Positions 37,296-48,027 of a stretch of DNA of 64,000 bases are shown here, one piece after another. The notes beneath the pieces are model-generated. The model was not told the DNA's origin. It saw only the letters and a list, made by a program, of their open reading frames with translations, and ran no database searches. The DNA lies in NCBI GenBank assembly GCA_016931955.1, contig JAFGDV010000022.1, positions 32,001 through 96,000 on the forward strand. The letters are read 5' to 3'. The stretch is from Candidatus Altiarchaeota archaeon. Lineage in GTDB: Archaea > Altiarchaeota > Altiarchaeia > IMC4 > QMZM01. Each line of letters opens with the position of its first letter. The first letter of the stretch is position 1. A program made the translations under genes and the position numbers.

Positions 37296-40200
37296 TTAGA
37301 TTTCTTTGTCTATGCCAGCAATGATCGTGCCGTTGAATCTTTTCCTGATTTCTTCAGGTAATTCTATTCCAGTGACTAGTTTCTTGGCTTTTAACTTTTT
37401 GCATAAAACCAGGGTTCGGGCTGTCTCCGTAGTTACTCCATATTTCTCAGCCAAACCCTCTGCTTGATTCTTCTCCGCATCGTTTAAGCTGACGAAGACC
37501 ACATTTTTCACTCCTTCGAATTCATCCTCTAAATCCCTTAGAGCATAGACTTCCCGGTATTTGTGCAATAAGAGGTCATATACGGATTCACCGAACACAA
37601 TCTTCCTCAGGGCTGCTTCATCCACAACCACTTTAGTCCTCCTGTGCCTGAACCAGAAAACAAAAATAGATAACAAAGCCATGGGAACCAACAGGCTTTT
37701 AACCACCTCGGGGATGTAATCCAAAGGAGATGAAGGCCTTTCTAAGACTTCCACGTAAGCCAAGTCATAGCCTATCAACTCAACCGAGTAAGTCCCCTTT
37801 CTGGGGGGAATGTAACCTAGAATATATGAGCCACTAACATTCGATAAAACATATTCTGCACCCACGCCAAGGGAATCCTTCACCCTCAGCACCAGACCCG
37901 TTCTCGGATCCAAAACCTTTATCTCCAGGGGATCGCCCACGTAAGCAACTTTGTCCACCTCTATCTGTGGGCAGGATCCACATGGTCCGCCACAGTCCAC
38001 CTTGGACTCAGTTGGACCCAGTATGCCATCACTGCAATTGGATTCTCTGCACACTCCTTCAAAGCACCAACCTGACAAGCAATCTGAATCATTCACGCAG
38101 CTTTTATTCAACTCACAGGGCGGACAATGTCCGCCGCAGTCTATGTCCGTCTCCGCCTTATCCTTCCTATTGTTAACACATATACTGGAAGCATTGTAGA
38201 GGATAACAGAGGAGCCTCCTCCCCCACCAGGCGAACTCACCACCCTTGTAACTACACTACAGGGTGGACAGCCTCCCCCGCAGTCCACTCCACTTTCGCC
38301 GTCCCCTTGCACACCATCAAAGCAATGACAGGGCTGACAGGGTCCTCCACAGTCAATCCCCGTTTCTCCCTGATTTTGTAATCCATCACTGCAGCTAGCA
38401 CAGGGAGGGCAGGGTCCGCCACAGTCTACCGCGGACTCGCCCTGATTCTGCAATCCATCACTGCAGTTCCCGCACGGAGGGCAAAGTCCGCCACAGTCTA
38501 CCCCAGTCTCGCCCTGATTCTGTATCCCATCACTGCAGCTCATGCAAGGCTGACAGGGCCCTCCACAGTCTATTCCCTCCTCACACTCTCCGCCAGGACA
38601 ATTCTGTATGCCGTCAAAACAGGAAGGCAGAGTCGGCCCAGGAGGAGGACCACCGCCTCCGCCTCCATCACCGCCGCCAGGTAAAGTAGTCGTAGTAGGT
38701 GGTGGAGCTGTAGTCAACCTGACGATCTCCGAATTTATGGCTTCTAGGTTGCCCACTAAGTCTATGCCTCTGAACCTGACATAGTTTGTCCCCTGCGCCG
38801 TCACCTGAACCTTCGCATTGAATTCTTCAACACCTAAACTGGCATCAGGCTCAGAGAAAACATACCTGCGAACCCTGACATCATCTACAAACGAGCCATC
38901 AACACCAACTGAATCACCGCCAGCAGACAACTTAATATAACTACGATTTAGATACACTGGGTAAAAGGGATTGCCACTACCCCAACAGTTTATGCCGCAG
39001 CTTTCTGGATCGCCTTCGTCAAAAACAGCCTTCTCGAATATAGCTGCTGAGGGGATATTGTAATACCAGTACAGCCTTAATGTGTGTACTCCCACATCAC
39101 CACTCCAGTAGCCCCCCCATCCTGAGCCGCATCCTCCCATAGCAGTGCATCCAGCACCTAACTCATCCGCTTGCACTCTGGCAAAGACTCCGTATTGTAT
39201 GCCGTCGTCGAACCACAGCCGGACGGAGCTGTTTTTGGCTTGGATCAATCTTATCTTAACATCAAGTATATGCTTATCTCGCTCGGAGTAGAAGGGTGTC
39301 TTGATTGCCGCATCAACTGCAGACCGCACCAGCTTCACAGAGTATTTCCCAGAAATTGGGTCAACGGATTCTATCGAAACAGTCTGATTATGTAGGGTCC
39401 AATTTGGATTTATGGAATAATTCCCGTCTTCGAAGTCGTCGAAGAACAAGAAGGTTTCAGTCCCATTTGAGGCGGCATTAGCGGAAGGATTACTGTAGTA
39501 GACATAGGCTATTGTATCCATGTCATCCTCTATGAATGGAACCCTGACCCAGATTCTCGCTGTTTTTGTTGTCGTATTCCATGAATCAATCCAATAGGGG
39601 ATCTCTTCCTCTGACCCGGAAGTCACGTTATAGTACGTGAACCGGGTGTCGTTTCCATTGTTAGACCAATTCCAGTTAGGGCCGACGTTAGATGAGGTAA
39701 GATCTATTTTGACCTGAAAATCCGATAGATTACCTTCAGTATTCTGGATCGTTATCTTCCGTCGATATGACCAGGAACCAAAAAACCAGTTAGGAATGCA
39801 AGTATTAGTTGTATCCACACAGTATTGTACTGTATCACACCTAGAACCTTCTCCGTCATCGCAGCTAAAAGACACGTTCACGTAACTGGAAGTGGTCACT
39901 GTATCGAAAACATAAGGTGAACCGTTGGATATCACTGCCGAGGCGTTTGTTGTTGGCGGTATTTCCATCGTTACCTCCCTAACTTCACTCTTGTTTGTTG
40001 TTGAACCAAAAGTGCAATTGATATACCAATCGTAAATACCATCTGCAGGAGCGGGGATAGCTGTAATTGTTGTTTCTGTATTATTTAGAGTGGAGAAATT
40101 GATTCCGTAGATTGTGTCATTTAAAAACAGTTCACAGAAGTAAGTCGATTTCGAACCTTTTACCGTGAAATTGAAATTCGAATCATTTATTGTTGTCTGA

Positions 40201-42938
40201 TTTGGAGGATATTCCAAGTAGATTGAGAAATTAGAGGTGGTGGATTCATCACTTAAAGATAGAAAATCAATATTCATTCCATCACCCGTTAGGTTATACT
40301 GTATGTCGCAGAATCCGTCTTTATCTGAATCATTACAGGTGTTAGAATATCCCGTTCCAGTTGAATCCGTCCAATAATTCCCACCTATCAAATTCCCGTC
40401 TGAGTAGATTCTCTTCCCTTTTTGTTTTATTGTATTCCAGTTATTTGTGTTTGTTCCTGCAAAACGTGTGGGGTTTGTGGCATTAACTAGGTTGTTGTAG
40501 CTTAAACACGCCGATGTTGAATATAGGTAAAAACCATAGTCGACTATTTCCAATTTATTCTCTTTTATCGTCATCAAATTTGATTGATATAGGTACAAGG
40601 AGTATGATGTTCCTGCAGTAGATCCTACACCTCCCCCGCTTCCCCTAGGACCTCCTGTCAGGTTTGAGATTGCGTTAGAGGTTAGATTGCTGTTGTTTGA
40701 GCTTGTCAGATAGACTCCCGCACATGTTCCACCTGAACCAGGTAAACGACTGTATCCATGAGTTCCACCGGTACCGCCAGTCAGATCTGAGATTGTGTTA
40801 GAGGTTATGCTGTTCTTTACAGAAGAGGGCAGATATATTCCTGCAGAAGTTCCTCCCAAACCTCCATCGTCAGAACATCCACCTGTACCCCCCTGACCTC
40901 CAGTCAGATTTGAGATTTTATTAGAGGTTAGGTTATTGCTGGTCGAGTTTGTCAGATAGACTCCAAAAGAAGGACCCCCCGGACCCCCAGGGTTACTCCC
41001 ACTTCCAGTTCCCCCAGACATCCCCTTGAATCCAGAGACTGTGTTGTTGTATACGCTCGAACCTGTAACATCAATCAGGACTATACCCGCTGCCGTACCC
41101 CCTGCGCCCCCAGGGTTTCCAGTGTGGACGAAGCCCCCGATCAAGATAGGTGCAATAGAAACGGTAACATTAAAGTTGGATATGTTGAGATTTGTTTTTT
41201 TATGGAAGTACAGTATGGGTCTTCCGTCTATTGTATTCAATTTAGACTGATCTGGAGAGTTACCAGACAACGAAGTTATCATGTTATCATAGGAACTTGT
41301 GTCGAACCATACCGCTGCAGGGGTTCCTGGCGCCCCCTCTGAAGCACCGCCGCTTCCCCCCATCCCTGAAGTTCCAGCAGTCAAATTCAATATCGTATTT
41401 GAACTTAATTTATTGTTTATTGAGTATGACAAGTAAACGCCTGCTGTAGTTCCCCCAGCACCTCCTGAACCAGCGTTTCCTCCAGTCCCCCCATGACCAC
41501 CCGTAATATTTGATATCGCATTTAAGGTGAGATTGTTGTTTGTTGAATTCAAGAGATAGATTCCTGTGGAGATTCCACCCGCACTTCCTGAACTGTAACC
41601 ACCAGGTGTTGCTCGAGACATCCCACTAAATCCAGCGATTGTGTTATTGTATATCGTCGAATCTGTAATGTTAACCAAAGCAAGACCTGTTGAGATCCCA
41701 CCTGTCTGTGAGGAATACCCTACTAAGACGGGCGCTGTCGAAACGACAACATCAAAGTTGGAGACATTAAGACCTATCTCACCATAGAAATACAGTATCG
41801 GCTTTCCATCGATAGTATTCAGCTTAGACTGATCCGGGGAGTTACCAGACAACGAAGTTAATATATTGTCATATGAGCTGGTATCAAGCCACATTGCCAC
41901 TGGTACCCCACCAGTACCATTTGACCAACCAATCCCACCATCACCCCCCATTAGGTTTGATATTTGGTTGGTTGTTAGATTGTTGCCTTCTGAGTTTGTT
42001 AAGTAAACACCAACAGGGAGGCCACCCACACCTCCTGAACCATACAACCCACCATTTCCTCCTTTTCCTCCAGTAAGGTTTGACACTGAGCCAGATGTTA
42101 GGTTGTTATTGATTGATGTTAAAACATAAACGCCGGCCGCAGTTCCACCACTCCCACCAGTACCCCACTGTCCCCCAGTACCCCCATCCCCCCCTGTTAG
42201 AATCGACGCTATATTGGAGGTCAGATTGTTGCCGGCGGAACTTGAGAGGTAAATCCCTATAGAATTTCCTCCAGCACCACCCGAGCCATGACTAAAAGCC
42301 CCAATCCCTCCATTTCCACCCTTTAGATTTGTTATATTGTTGAGGATTATGTTGTTGCCTGTTGAATAGGATAGATGAATCCCTGCTGAGATCCCCCCAG
42401 CACCTCCAGTAGCCCAATTACCAGAACTAGAACCTCCTGTTCCGGCATTTAAATTCTTTATGGTATTATTGAATACTGTATTGGAACTTGATTTCAGATA
42501 AATGCCTGACGTGTCTCCACCCGGAGTTGCAGTGGACGCGTCAGTTCCTTTATACCCATACAAGTTTTGAATGGTATTGTTCTCTACCAAGCTGTTGTTC
42601 GCTCCAGTGTCCAGGTAGATTCCAGTCTGCCAGTTAGAGATTATGCAGTTTCTAACTGTCGTGTTGTGCTGGTTCGAGTAAACAGCATACTTGTTGTCAC
42701 TGGAGTTTCCATTCAAAGAAAAATCCCCATCAAGTGTATTGCCTTGACAATCCAAGGTTATGTTCTCAGCGCTGATGTTCATGCAGTTAGAATTGACTGA
42801 GTCAACTATGGATGCGTTCAAATAATAGAACGAATTGGATTCATTTAAGACACTGCACTCTGAGATGTTGTATTCGGCGGCGTAGGTGGTCTCCAGTAGG
42901 ATGAATAAGTAGAGTAAAAAGAATAGTAGCTTTTTCAT
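37296..42938 (-). CDS. Giant surface protein: Gly-rich beta-helix, DUF2341, Cys-rich stalk, TM and cytoplasmic PIN-like domain
   Basis: GIYLxxSxxNNLTSNxISNLTGGxGG repeats; WSYRRKITI...IPYWI...IWVRVP...YYSN; about 7 DCGGxC units; KVVVDEAAL after the TM. Confidence 0.85.
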   Translation of the reverse strand: MKKLLFFLLYLFILLETTYAAEYNISECSVLNESNSFYYLNASIVDSVNSNCMNISAENITLDCQGNTLDGDFSLNGNSSDNKYAVYSNQHNTTVRNCIISNWQTGIYLDTGANNSLVENNTIQNLYGYKGTDASTATPGGDTSGIYLKSSSNTVFNNTIKNLNAGTGGSSSGNWATGGAGGISAGIHLSYSTGNNIILNNITNLKGGNGGIGAFSHGSGGAGGNSIGIYLSSSAGNNLTSNIASILTGGDGGTGGQWGTGGSGGTAAGVYVLTSINNNLTSGSVSNLTGGKGGNGGLYGSGGVGGLPVGVYLTNSEGNNLTTNQISNLMGGDGGIGWSNGTGGVPVAMWLDTSSYDNILTSLSGNSPDQSKLNTIDGKPILYFYGEIGLNVSNFDVVVSTAPVLVGYSSQTGGISTGLALVNITDSTIYNNTIAGFSGMSRATPGGYSSGSAGGISTGIYLLNSTNNNLTLNAISNITGGHGGTGGNAGSGGAGGTTAGVYLSYSINNKLSSNTILNLTAGTSGMGGSGGASEGAPGTPAAVWFDTSSYDNMITSLSGNSPDQSKLNTIDGRPILYFHKKTNLNISNFNVTVSIAPILIGGFVHTGNPGGAGGTAAGIVLIDVTGSSVYNNTVSGFKGMSGGTGSGSNPGGPGGPSFGVYLTNSTSNNLTSNKISNLTGGQGGTGGCSDDGGLGGTSAGIYLPSSVKNSITSNTISDLTGGTGGTHGYSRLPGSGGTCAGVYLTSSNNSNLTSNAISNLTGGPRGSGGGVGSTAGTSYSLYLYQSNLMTIKENKLEIVDYGFYLYSTSACLSYNNLVNATNPTRFAGTNTNNWNTIKQKGKRIYSDGNLIGGNYWTDSTGTGYSNTCNDSDKDGFCDIQYNLTGDGMNIDFLSLSDESTTSNFSIYLEYPPNQTTINDSNFNFTVKGSKSTYFCELFLNDTIYGINFSTLNNTETTITAIPAPADGIYDWYINCTFGSTTNKSEVREVTMEIPPTTNASAVISNGSPYVFDTVTTSSYVNVSFSCDDGEGSRCDTVQYCVDTTNTCIPNWFFGSWSYRRKITIQNTEGNLSDFQVKIDLTSSNVGPNWNWSNNGNDTRFTYYNVTSGSEEEIPYWIDSWNTTTKTARIWVRVPFIEDDMDTIAYVYYSNPSANAASNGTETFLFFDDFEDGNYSINPNWTLHNQTVSIESVDPISGKYSVKLVRSAVDAAIKTPFYSERDKHILDVKIRLIQAKNSSVRLWFDDGIQYGVFARVQADELGAGCTAMGGCGSGWGGYWSGDVGVHTLRLYWYYNIPSAAIFEKAVFDEGDPESCGINCWGSGNPFYPVYLNRSYIKLSAGGDSVGVDGSFVDDVRVRRYVFSEPDASLGVEEFNAKVQVTAQGTNYVRFRGIDLVGNLEAINSEIVRLTTAPPPTTTTLPGGGDGGGGGGPPPGPTLPSCFDGIQNCPGGECEEGIDCGGPCQPCMSCSDGIQNQGETGVDCGGLCPPCGNCSDGLQNQGESAVDCGGPCPPCASCSDGLQNQGETGIDCGGPCQPCHCFDGVQGDGESGVDCGGGCPPCSVVTRVVSSPGGGGGSSVILYNASSICVNNRKDKAETDIDCGGHCPPCELNKSCVNDSDCLSGWCFEGVCRESNCSDGILGPTESKVDCGGPCGSCPQIEVDKVAYVGDPLEIKVLDPRTGLVLRVKDSLGVGAEYVLSNVSGSYILGYIPPRKGTYSVELIGYDLAYVEVLERPSSPLDYIPEVVKSLLVPMALLSIFVFWFRHRRTKVVVDEAALRKIVFGESVYDLLLHKYREVYALRDLEDEFEGVKNVVFVSLNDAEKNQAEGLAEKYGVTTETARTLVLCKKLKAKKLVTGIELPEEIRKRFNGTIIAGIDKEI

Positions 42939-42990
42939 CTCACCACCAGATTAACTATTAACTCAAACACCCATAAGAAGATGTCGATAA

Positions 42991-44049
42991 TCAGCTCTTG
43001 GGTCTGAGGGTTCGGCGCATTTCGTGGAGTATTGTGTTATAGAGTTCCAAGTCCCTGCTAGAGATGTGGTGTACCAGTTGTTTAGTGCTCCAGTCGGCTT
43101 GTTTCTTCTTTACTCTGGCGTCAAGGTGGACCAGGTACAAGGGGATAGGGTATCCATAGTGTTTGGAGCCCTCAGAAAGCTGCGCAACCAATGCGATGAT
43201 CTTATCGAAGTCGCGCTCCCAGTCGGGGACATCCACCCTCAGTGGACTAGACAATGAAGTGGGTTGGACGTAGACTGTGGGGAAAGACGCTACCAAGGAG
43301 GAAGTCAATTTATCGTCTGACTCGAATCTCGATTGAGGGGTGAAGTCCACTGTGCGGTAGACGCCGTCTCCCTTCAATATGCGTAGGATGCAGGAGTCCG
43401 TCATGAAGCGTGGGAATTTTATGTCGTACTTGATTGACAGATAGTTGGCGAAGAGCCGCGACTTGCTGTCCTCTGAAACACCTAATATGTGAACACTATT
43501 CTTCTTGCACAGCTTCAGTAAGCGGACGAATTTCTTCCGATAGAAGGGGTATTCTTCACACTCTATCGGCTTCTTCCTTGAGTTCACATACAGTGAGCCG
43601 TCGATGAACAGATATTCTGGACTATGCTCTTCCACGCAGCGGAGTGCGACATCGAACTCCATGGCTCCCCGTAGAAGCTCAACCCGCTCCTTCGTGTATT
43701 CATCATAGTCTAGGACATCAATGTCGAGGTCGCGGACGAAGACCTCACTGCTTTTTGGCTTCTTTTTGTCTAGGATAAGACCAGAGGCTCGGATGAAGTA
43801 GATCGCAGCACCCAATAGTTCCCGGATTCCCTCGCCGCCGTCGACGAAGGCCATCTTCGCTTTTATGTTCTTCGTCTTCTTCAGTGGGAGGATCAGGTCC
43901 TTGTCCGCTATTATGTCTCGGACGTTGTCTATCTGGTCTTTGTAGCTCATCAGGTCATGAAAGATGCGGTCCCTACAGACGCTATATCGCTCAAGCCAGA
44001 GGGAGTAGTGCCCCATGTTACTGTAGTGGAAGTCTTTCCTTTTATACAT
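42991..44049 (-). CDS. nurA: NurA-family 5'-3' nuclease
   Basis: AFVDGG, FIDGSL, GVSEDSKS, GYPIPLYLVHLDARV. Confidence 0.88.
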   Translation of the reverse strand: MYKRKDFHYSNMGHYSLWLERYSVCRDRIFHDLMSYKDQIDNVRDIIADKDLILPLKKTKNIKAKMAFVDGGEGIRELLGAAIYFIRASGLILDKKKPKSSEVFVRDLDIDVLDYDEYTKERVELLRGAMEFDVALRCVEEHSPEYLFIDGSLYVNSRKKPIECEEYPFYRKKFVRLLKLCKKNSVHILGVSEDSKSRLFANYLSIKYDIKFPRFMTDSCILRILKGDGVYRTVDFTPQSRFESDDKLTSSLVASFPTVYVQPTSLSSPLRVDVPDWERDFDKIIALVAQLSEGSKHYGYPIPLYLVHLDARVKKKQADWSTKQLVHHISSRDLELYNTILHEMRRTLRPKS

Positions 44050-44089
44050 GAGGTGTTTTTATATATGGATTCCCATATCTAAAAAATTT

Positions 44090-44106
44090 ATATTTTCAGA
44101 AAATAT
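44090..44106. promoter_or_regulatory. Dyad operator candidate overlapping the TATA box of the GbsR-ABC operon
   Basis: ATATTTTC-A-GAAAATAT, overlapping TTTATA (44087-44092), 15 nt before the ATG. Confidence 0.45.
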
Positions 44107-44120
44107 TAAAAGTTTTGAAA

Positions 44121-44609
44121 ATGGATGAGTTCGACTCAGCCGCCATAGAATTCATGGCCAACCTGGGCAGAAACCACGGATTAGGAGAACTGCAATCAAA
44201 GGTGATCGGTTTACTGTATATAGAACCAGAGGAGATCTCGCTGGAGGAAATTGCAGAAAAAACAGGATACAGCCTCGCATCCATATCCAACACAATGAAG
44301 ATGCTCGAAGCCTTCGGCATGGTCCAGAGGATAAAGAAGCCTAGGACAAAGAAGGTCTACTTCTACATGGAAAAAAATCTCGCAAGATTGAACATCATGA
44401 AACTCAATGCCGTACTCAACAACTTCATCAAACCAAACAAGGACATCCTACCAGCGCTGATAGAAAAATACAGAAACAAGGTCAGAGATGAAAAATCAAA
44501 GAAAAAACTCCGAATAGTGGAAAACTACTACAAACAAATGCTGGAATTCGAAGAGATAACAGAGAACTGGATCAAAGACCTTGGAGAGATAGCTAATAAA
44601 CCCAGATAA
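44121..44609 (+). CDS. GbsR/MarR-family transcriptional regulator
   Basis: LLYIEPEEISLEEIAEKTGYSLASISNTMKMLE...RIKKP..KKVYF. Confidence 0.88.
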   Translation: MDEFDSAAIEFMANLGRNHGLGELQSKVIGLLYIEPEEISLEEIAEKTGYSLASISNTMKMLEAFGMVQRIKKPRTKKVYFYMEKNLARLNIMKLNAVLNNFIKPNKDILPALIEKYRNKVRDEKSKKKLRIVENYYKQMLEFEEITENWIKDLGEIANKPR

Positions 44610-44635
44610 CTTTTACGCAATCAATACTTATAATT

Positions 44636-45355
44636 ATGGAGCGAAAAATGGCCTTAGAAATCCAGAAGAAGCCGATCATCAAGCTGGAGGATGTGAAAAA
44701 GGTGTACAGGATGGGTGACGTGGAAGTCCACGCCCTCCGGGGGCTGACCATGGAGGTCTACCCCCACGAATTCGTAGCAATAATGGGCCCCTCCGGCAGT
44801 GGAAAATCCACTGCGATGAACATGGTCGGCTGCCTGGATGTGCCAACGGATGGAGAGATCTATCTGGAGGGACAGGACATCTCCAAGCTGGAGGAATCGG
44901 ATCTGGCTCAGATCAGGGGAAGGAAGATAGGATTCATATTCCAGAAATTCAACCTCATGCCTACGTTAAGCGCCCTCGAAAACGTCACACTCCCCATGAT
45001 GTTCCAGAGCATCCCAAAGAGTGAGAGAGATAGGAGAGGGAAGAACCTGCTGACGATGGTCGGCTTAGGTGAGAGGATGTACCACAAGCCGACCGAGCTT
45101 TCTGGCGGAGAACAGCAGAGGGTGGCGATAGCGAGGGCTCTTGCAAACGACCCCGATGTTATCCTAGCGGATGAGCCTACAGGTAACCTGGACTCTAAGA
45201 GGGGGAGGGAGATAATGGAGATGCTATCAGAATTACACTCTGGAAACGGAAAAACCATTGTCATGGTCACACACGACGAAAATCTCTGCAAATACGCAGA
45301 CCGTATAATCCGTCTAATAGACGGAAAAGTGGTTGAAGGAGGTTACATAAGATGA
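44636..45355 (+). CDS. ABC transporter ATP-binding protein (LolD/MacB type)
   Basis: GPSGSGKS, LSGGEQQRVAIARAL, ILADEPTGNLD, VTHD. Confidence 0.97.
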   Translation: MERKMALEIQKKPIIKLEDVKKVYRMGDVEVHALRGLTMEVYPHEFVAIMGPSGSGKSTAMNMVGCLDVPTDGEIYLEGQDISKLEESDLAQIRGRKIGFIFQKFNLMPTLSALENVTLPMMFQSIPKSERDRRGKNLLTMVGLGERMYHKPTELSGGEQQRVAIARALANDPDVILADEPTGNLDSKRGREIMEMLSELHSGNGKTIVMVTHDENLCKYADRIIRLIDGKVVEGGYIR

Positions 45356-46662
45356 AAAAGAAAAAAATTTTGGTTTTTGGAATATTGTTTTTTTGTTTTT
45401 TTGTTACGACGGTAAACGCGGAAACCAGAGCTGAGATAAGGATCGACTCCGTGATGTGGGATCCATTCTACATAGAGGCAGGAGACGACGTCACACTATA
45501 TGCGAAGTTCGTCCTCAGGCCGATAACCAAGGCTTGGGCGGTGGAGAATCCAGATAACATAGCCACGGCTCAAGATCCAGGGGTATTCTATAAAGCACAG
45601 CTTGAACCCGCAGACGACCTTGCAAGAGATTATGTCATCATGAAGAGGGGGGAAAAGAATGTTGGACATCTTTTTGTTGGAGAAAGCTGGACCACACCCT
45701 TTGAGATAAAGATAAGGGAGACTGCAATAGCTACCTCTTATAAGATGAGGTTCTCCGTTATAAAGACCGACATAGATAGCACATACGAGGAAGTCGTCAA
45801 GGTCTTTGAATTCGAACTCCCAATCAAGGGGGTGGTGAAATTCAACGTTGATTCAGACAACATGGTAAATCTCGGAAGCATCAGCGACATCGTAATCAAT
45901 GTCAAGAATGATGGATTGGGTGATGCAAAACACGTCATAGTTGGCTTGGATCTGAGCACGCCGTTCACGTCGGTAAGGACATCAGAGCTCTACGTTGGAG
46001 ACTTTGAAGGTGGAGAGAGCAAGGATGTAGCCTTTAAGGTGTCAGTAGGCAGTGAGACTGAGGCGCTGGTATACAGGATACCTGTGACGATAACCTACGT
46101 CGACGATAATGGAACAGAAAAAAAGGTAAACAAGGACATTGGAGTCAGAATAGACGCAACCCCGGATATGAAGGTGGGCTTGGAAAGCTCAGACGACCTA
46201 GCAGCAGGGATAGGCGGGACAGTGAGCATAGAGGTGGTCAACGAAGGATTCATAGACGCTAAATTCGTGAGATTGACTCTTGAACCAACAGAAGACTACT
46301 CCGTTGAATCCATAAACGAGTTCTACATAGGGAACCTCGACTCAGACGACATAGAGACGGACGAGTTTGAGATAAGGATAGAGGATTCCGTTGACAAGGA
46401 GATAGTGCCGTTAAAGGTCAGATTGCAGTATAAGGGAGAGGGAAGCGACCAAGAATATGTGAATGAATGTGAAGTCGACCTGAAGATCCTCTCAAAAGTA
46501 GAATATGCTGCAAAGCATGGAGGAGACGGAACATCCGCAACACTTATGATAATCATACTTGCGATACCGGTGTTTTTCATCGTAATACTTGTGGTCTGGT
46601 TTGTCTACAAGATCTTTGACCTGATCAAAGACTACCTGAACAGGAAACTATTCTCCAGATAG
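45352..46662 (+). CDS. COG1361 S-layer/Ig-repeat accessory protein of the ABC system
   Basis: Signal peptide, repeated N.G...A / Y(V/I)G.(F/L) Ig modules, C-terminal TM. Confidence 0.8.
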   Translation: MKKKKILVFGILFFCFFVTTVNAETRAEIRIDSVMWDPFYIEAGDDVTLYAKFVLRPITKAWAVENPDNIATAQDPGVFYKAQLEPADDLARDYVIMKRGEKNVGHLFVGESWTTPFEIKIRETAIATSYKMRFSVIKTDIDSTYEEVVKVFEFELPIKGVVKFNVDSDNMVNLGSISDIVINVKNDGLGDAKHVIVGLDLSTPFTSVRTSELYVGDFEGGESKDVAFKVSVGSETEALVYRIPVTITYVDDNGTEKKVNKDIGVRIDATPDMKVGLESSDDLAAGIGGTVSIEVVNEGFIDAKFVRLTLEPTEDYSVESINEFYIGNLDSDDIETDEFEIRIEDSVDKEIVPLKVRLQYKGEGSDQEYVNECEVDLKILSKVEYAAKHGGDGTSATLMIIILAIPVFFIVILVVWFVYKIFDLIKDYLNRKLFSR

Positions 46663-46688
46663 TTTCCCCCAATTTTTTATTCACTGAA

Positions 46689-47906
46689 ATGATAGGGGAC
46701 TACATCAAACTTGCGATAGATGGAATCAAGAACAGGCGACTCAGAAGCTGGCTGACTATGATAGGGATCTTTATAGGGATCATCGCTGTTGTCTCCCTTG
46801 TCTCCCTAGGCCAGGGACTGCAGAAGGTCATCGATGAGCAGTTTGAGATGGTCGGGGGAGACCGGATCGTGATAAGCCCCGGCGGGGGTGGAACAATCTC
46901 TAGTTTTGGGGGGATGTTCAGCTCAGCCAAACTACGTGAGGGAGACCTCGACGTCGTGAGCAAGGTACGGGGCGTTGATTCTGCACTAGGCCTCTTTACT
47001 ACAACAGGAAAGGCAAAAACTGATGGAGAACAAAAATCTATTCCAATCTTCGGGGCGCCAACGGATCCAAAACAACAGAAGCTTCTTAGACAGATCGACT
47101 TCTTTGTCGTGAATAATGGGAGATATCTGGAGCAGGGAGACAAATACAAGGCAAACGTGGGGGTCAGGGCAGGCGATTACTTCGACGAGGATATCGGCGT
47201 AGGAGACAGGATAGAGATAGAGGGCATAATGTTTGATGTCGTCGGGGTGAATAAGAAGACGGGGAATCCATTCCACGACCGTAAGGTGGCAATACCTATT
47301 GAAACCGCTTGGGAGTTATTCAACAAAAGCGATGAGTTTTCGAGTATCCAAGTCAAGGTCGAGAAGGGCTCCGACGTGGATGAGGTTGCTGAGAGCATTA
47401 AAGAGAAACTGCGAAGGTATAGGGATGTTAAAGAGGGTGAAGAAGACTTCAGCGTTGAAACAGCCGAGAACATTGTTGGGGTATTCAAAGACGTTCTTAG
47501 TCTCGTAACACTTTTTCTAGTAGGCATCGCAGCGATCTCCCTTATCGTTGGAGGCATCGGGATAATGACCACTATGTATACCTCAGTATTGGAGAGAACA
47601 GACCAGATAGGCATCATGAAGGCCATCGGAGCCAGAAACGAGGATATACTGCTGATGTTTATCGTGGAGGCTGGGATGCTCGGTCTCGTTGGAGGGATGA
47701 TTGGAGTAATACTTGGTTTACTTACCAGCATAGGCGCAGAATATCTCGTCGTCAATTACGGAGGCATAGAGATCTTTAGGATATATGCCGGCCCCGACCT
47801 CATCATAGGGGCTCTAGTTTTCTCATTCCTTGTTGGCTGTTTTTCAGGCTATCTGCCCGCCAGCAGGGCATCTAAAATGCACCCAGTGGAGGCTCTAAGA
47901 CAATGA
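46689..47906 (+). CDS. ABC permease (MacB/FtsX)
   Basis: RSWLTMIGIFIGI, VGGIGIMTTMYTSVLERT.QIGIMKAIGA. Confidence 0.95.
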   Translation: MIGDYIKLAIDGIKNRRLRSWLTMIGIFIGIIAVVSLVSLGQGLQKVIDEQFEMVGGDRIVISPGGGGTISSFGGMFSSAKLREGDLDVVSKVRGVDSALGLFTTTGKAKTDGEQKSIPIFGAPTDPKQQKLLRQIDFFVVNNGRYLEQGDKYKANVGVRAGDYFDEDIGVGDRIEIEGIMFDVVGVNKKTGNPFHDRKVAIPIETAWELFNKSDEFSSIQVKVEKGSDVDEVAESIKEKLRRYRDVKEGEEDFSVETAENIVGVFKDVLSLVTLFLVGIAAISLIVGGIGIMTTMYTSVLERTDQIGIMKAIGARNEDILLMFIVEAGMLGLVGGMIGVILGLLTSIGAEYLVVNYGGIEIFRIYAGPDLIIGALVFSFLVGCFSGYLPASRASKMHPVEALRQ

Positions 47907-48027
47907 TGAACCATTTACTCTATAGATTCAATAAATTAGATAGGGGAGGTAATAAAGGACTAATCAATTCAGACCTATCGAGCGTTAGCGAAGATAGGTC
48001 CTTTGATGAAACTTTATTGAAGTTTCA

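Noticed and set aside
35086-42938. Diversity-generating retroelement targets
   Set aside because: No reverse transcriptase in the window, and repeat copies differ without adenine-specific bias.
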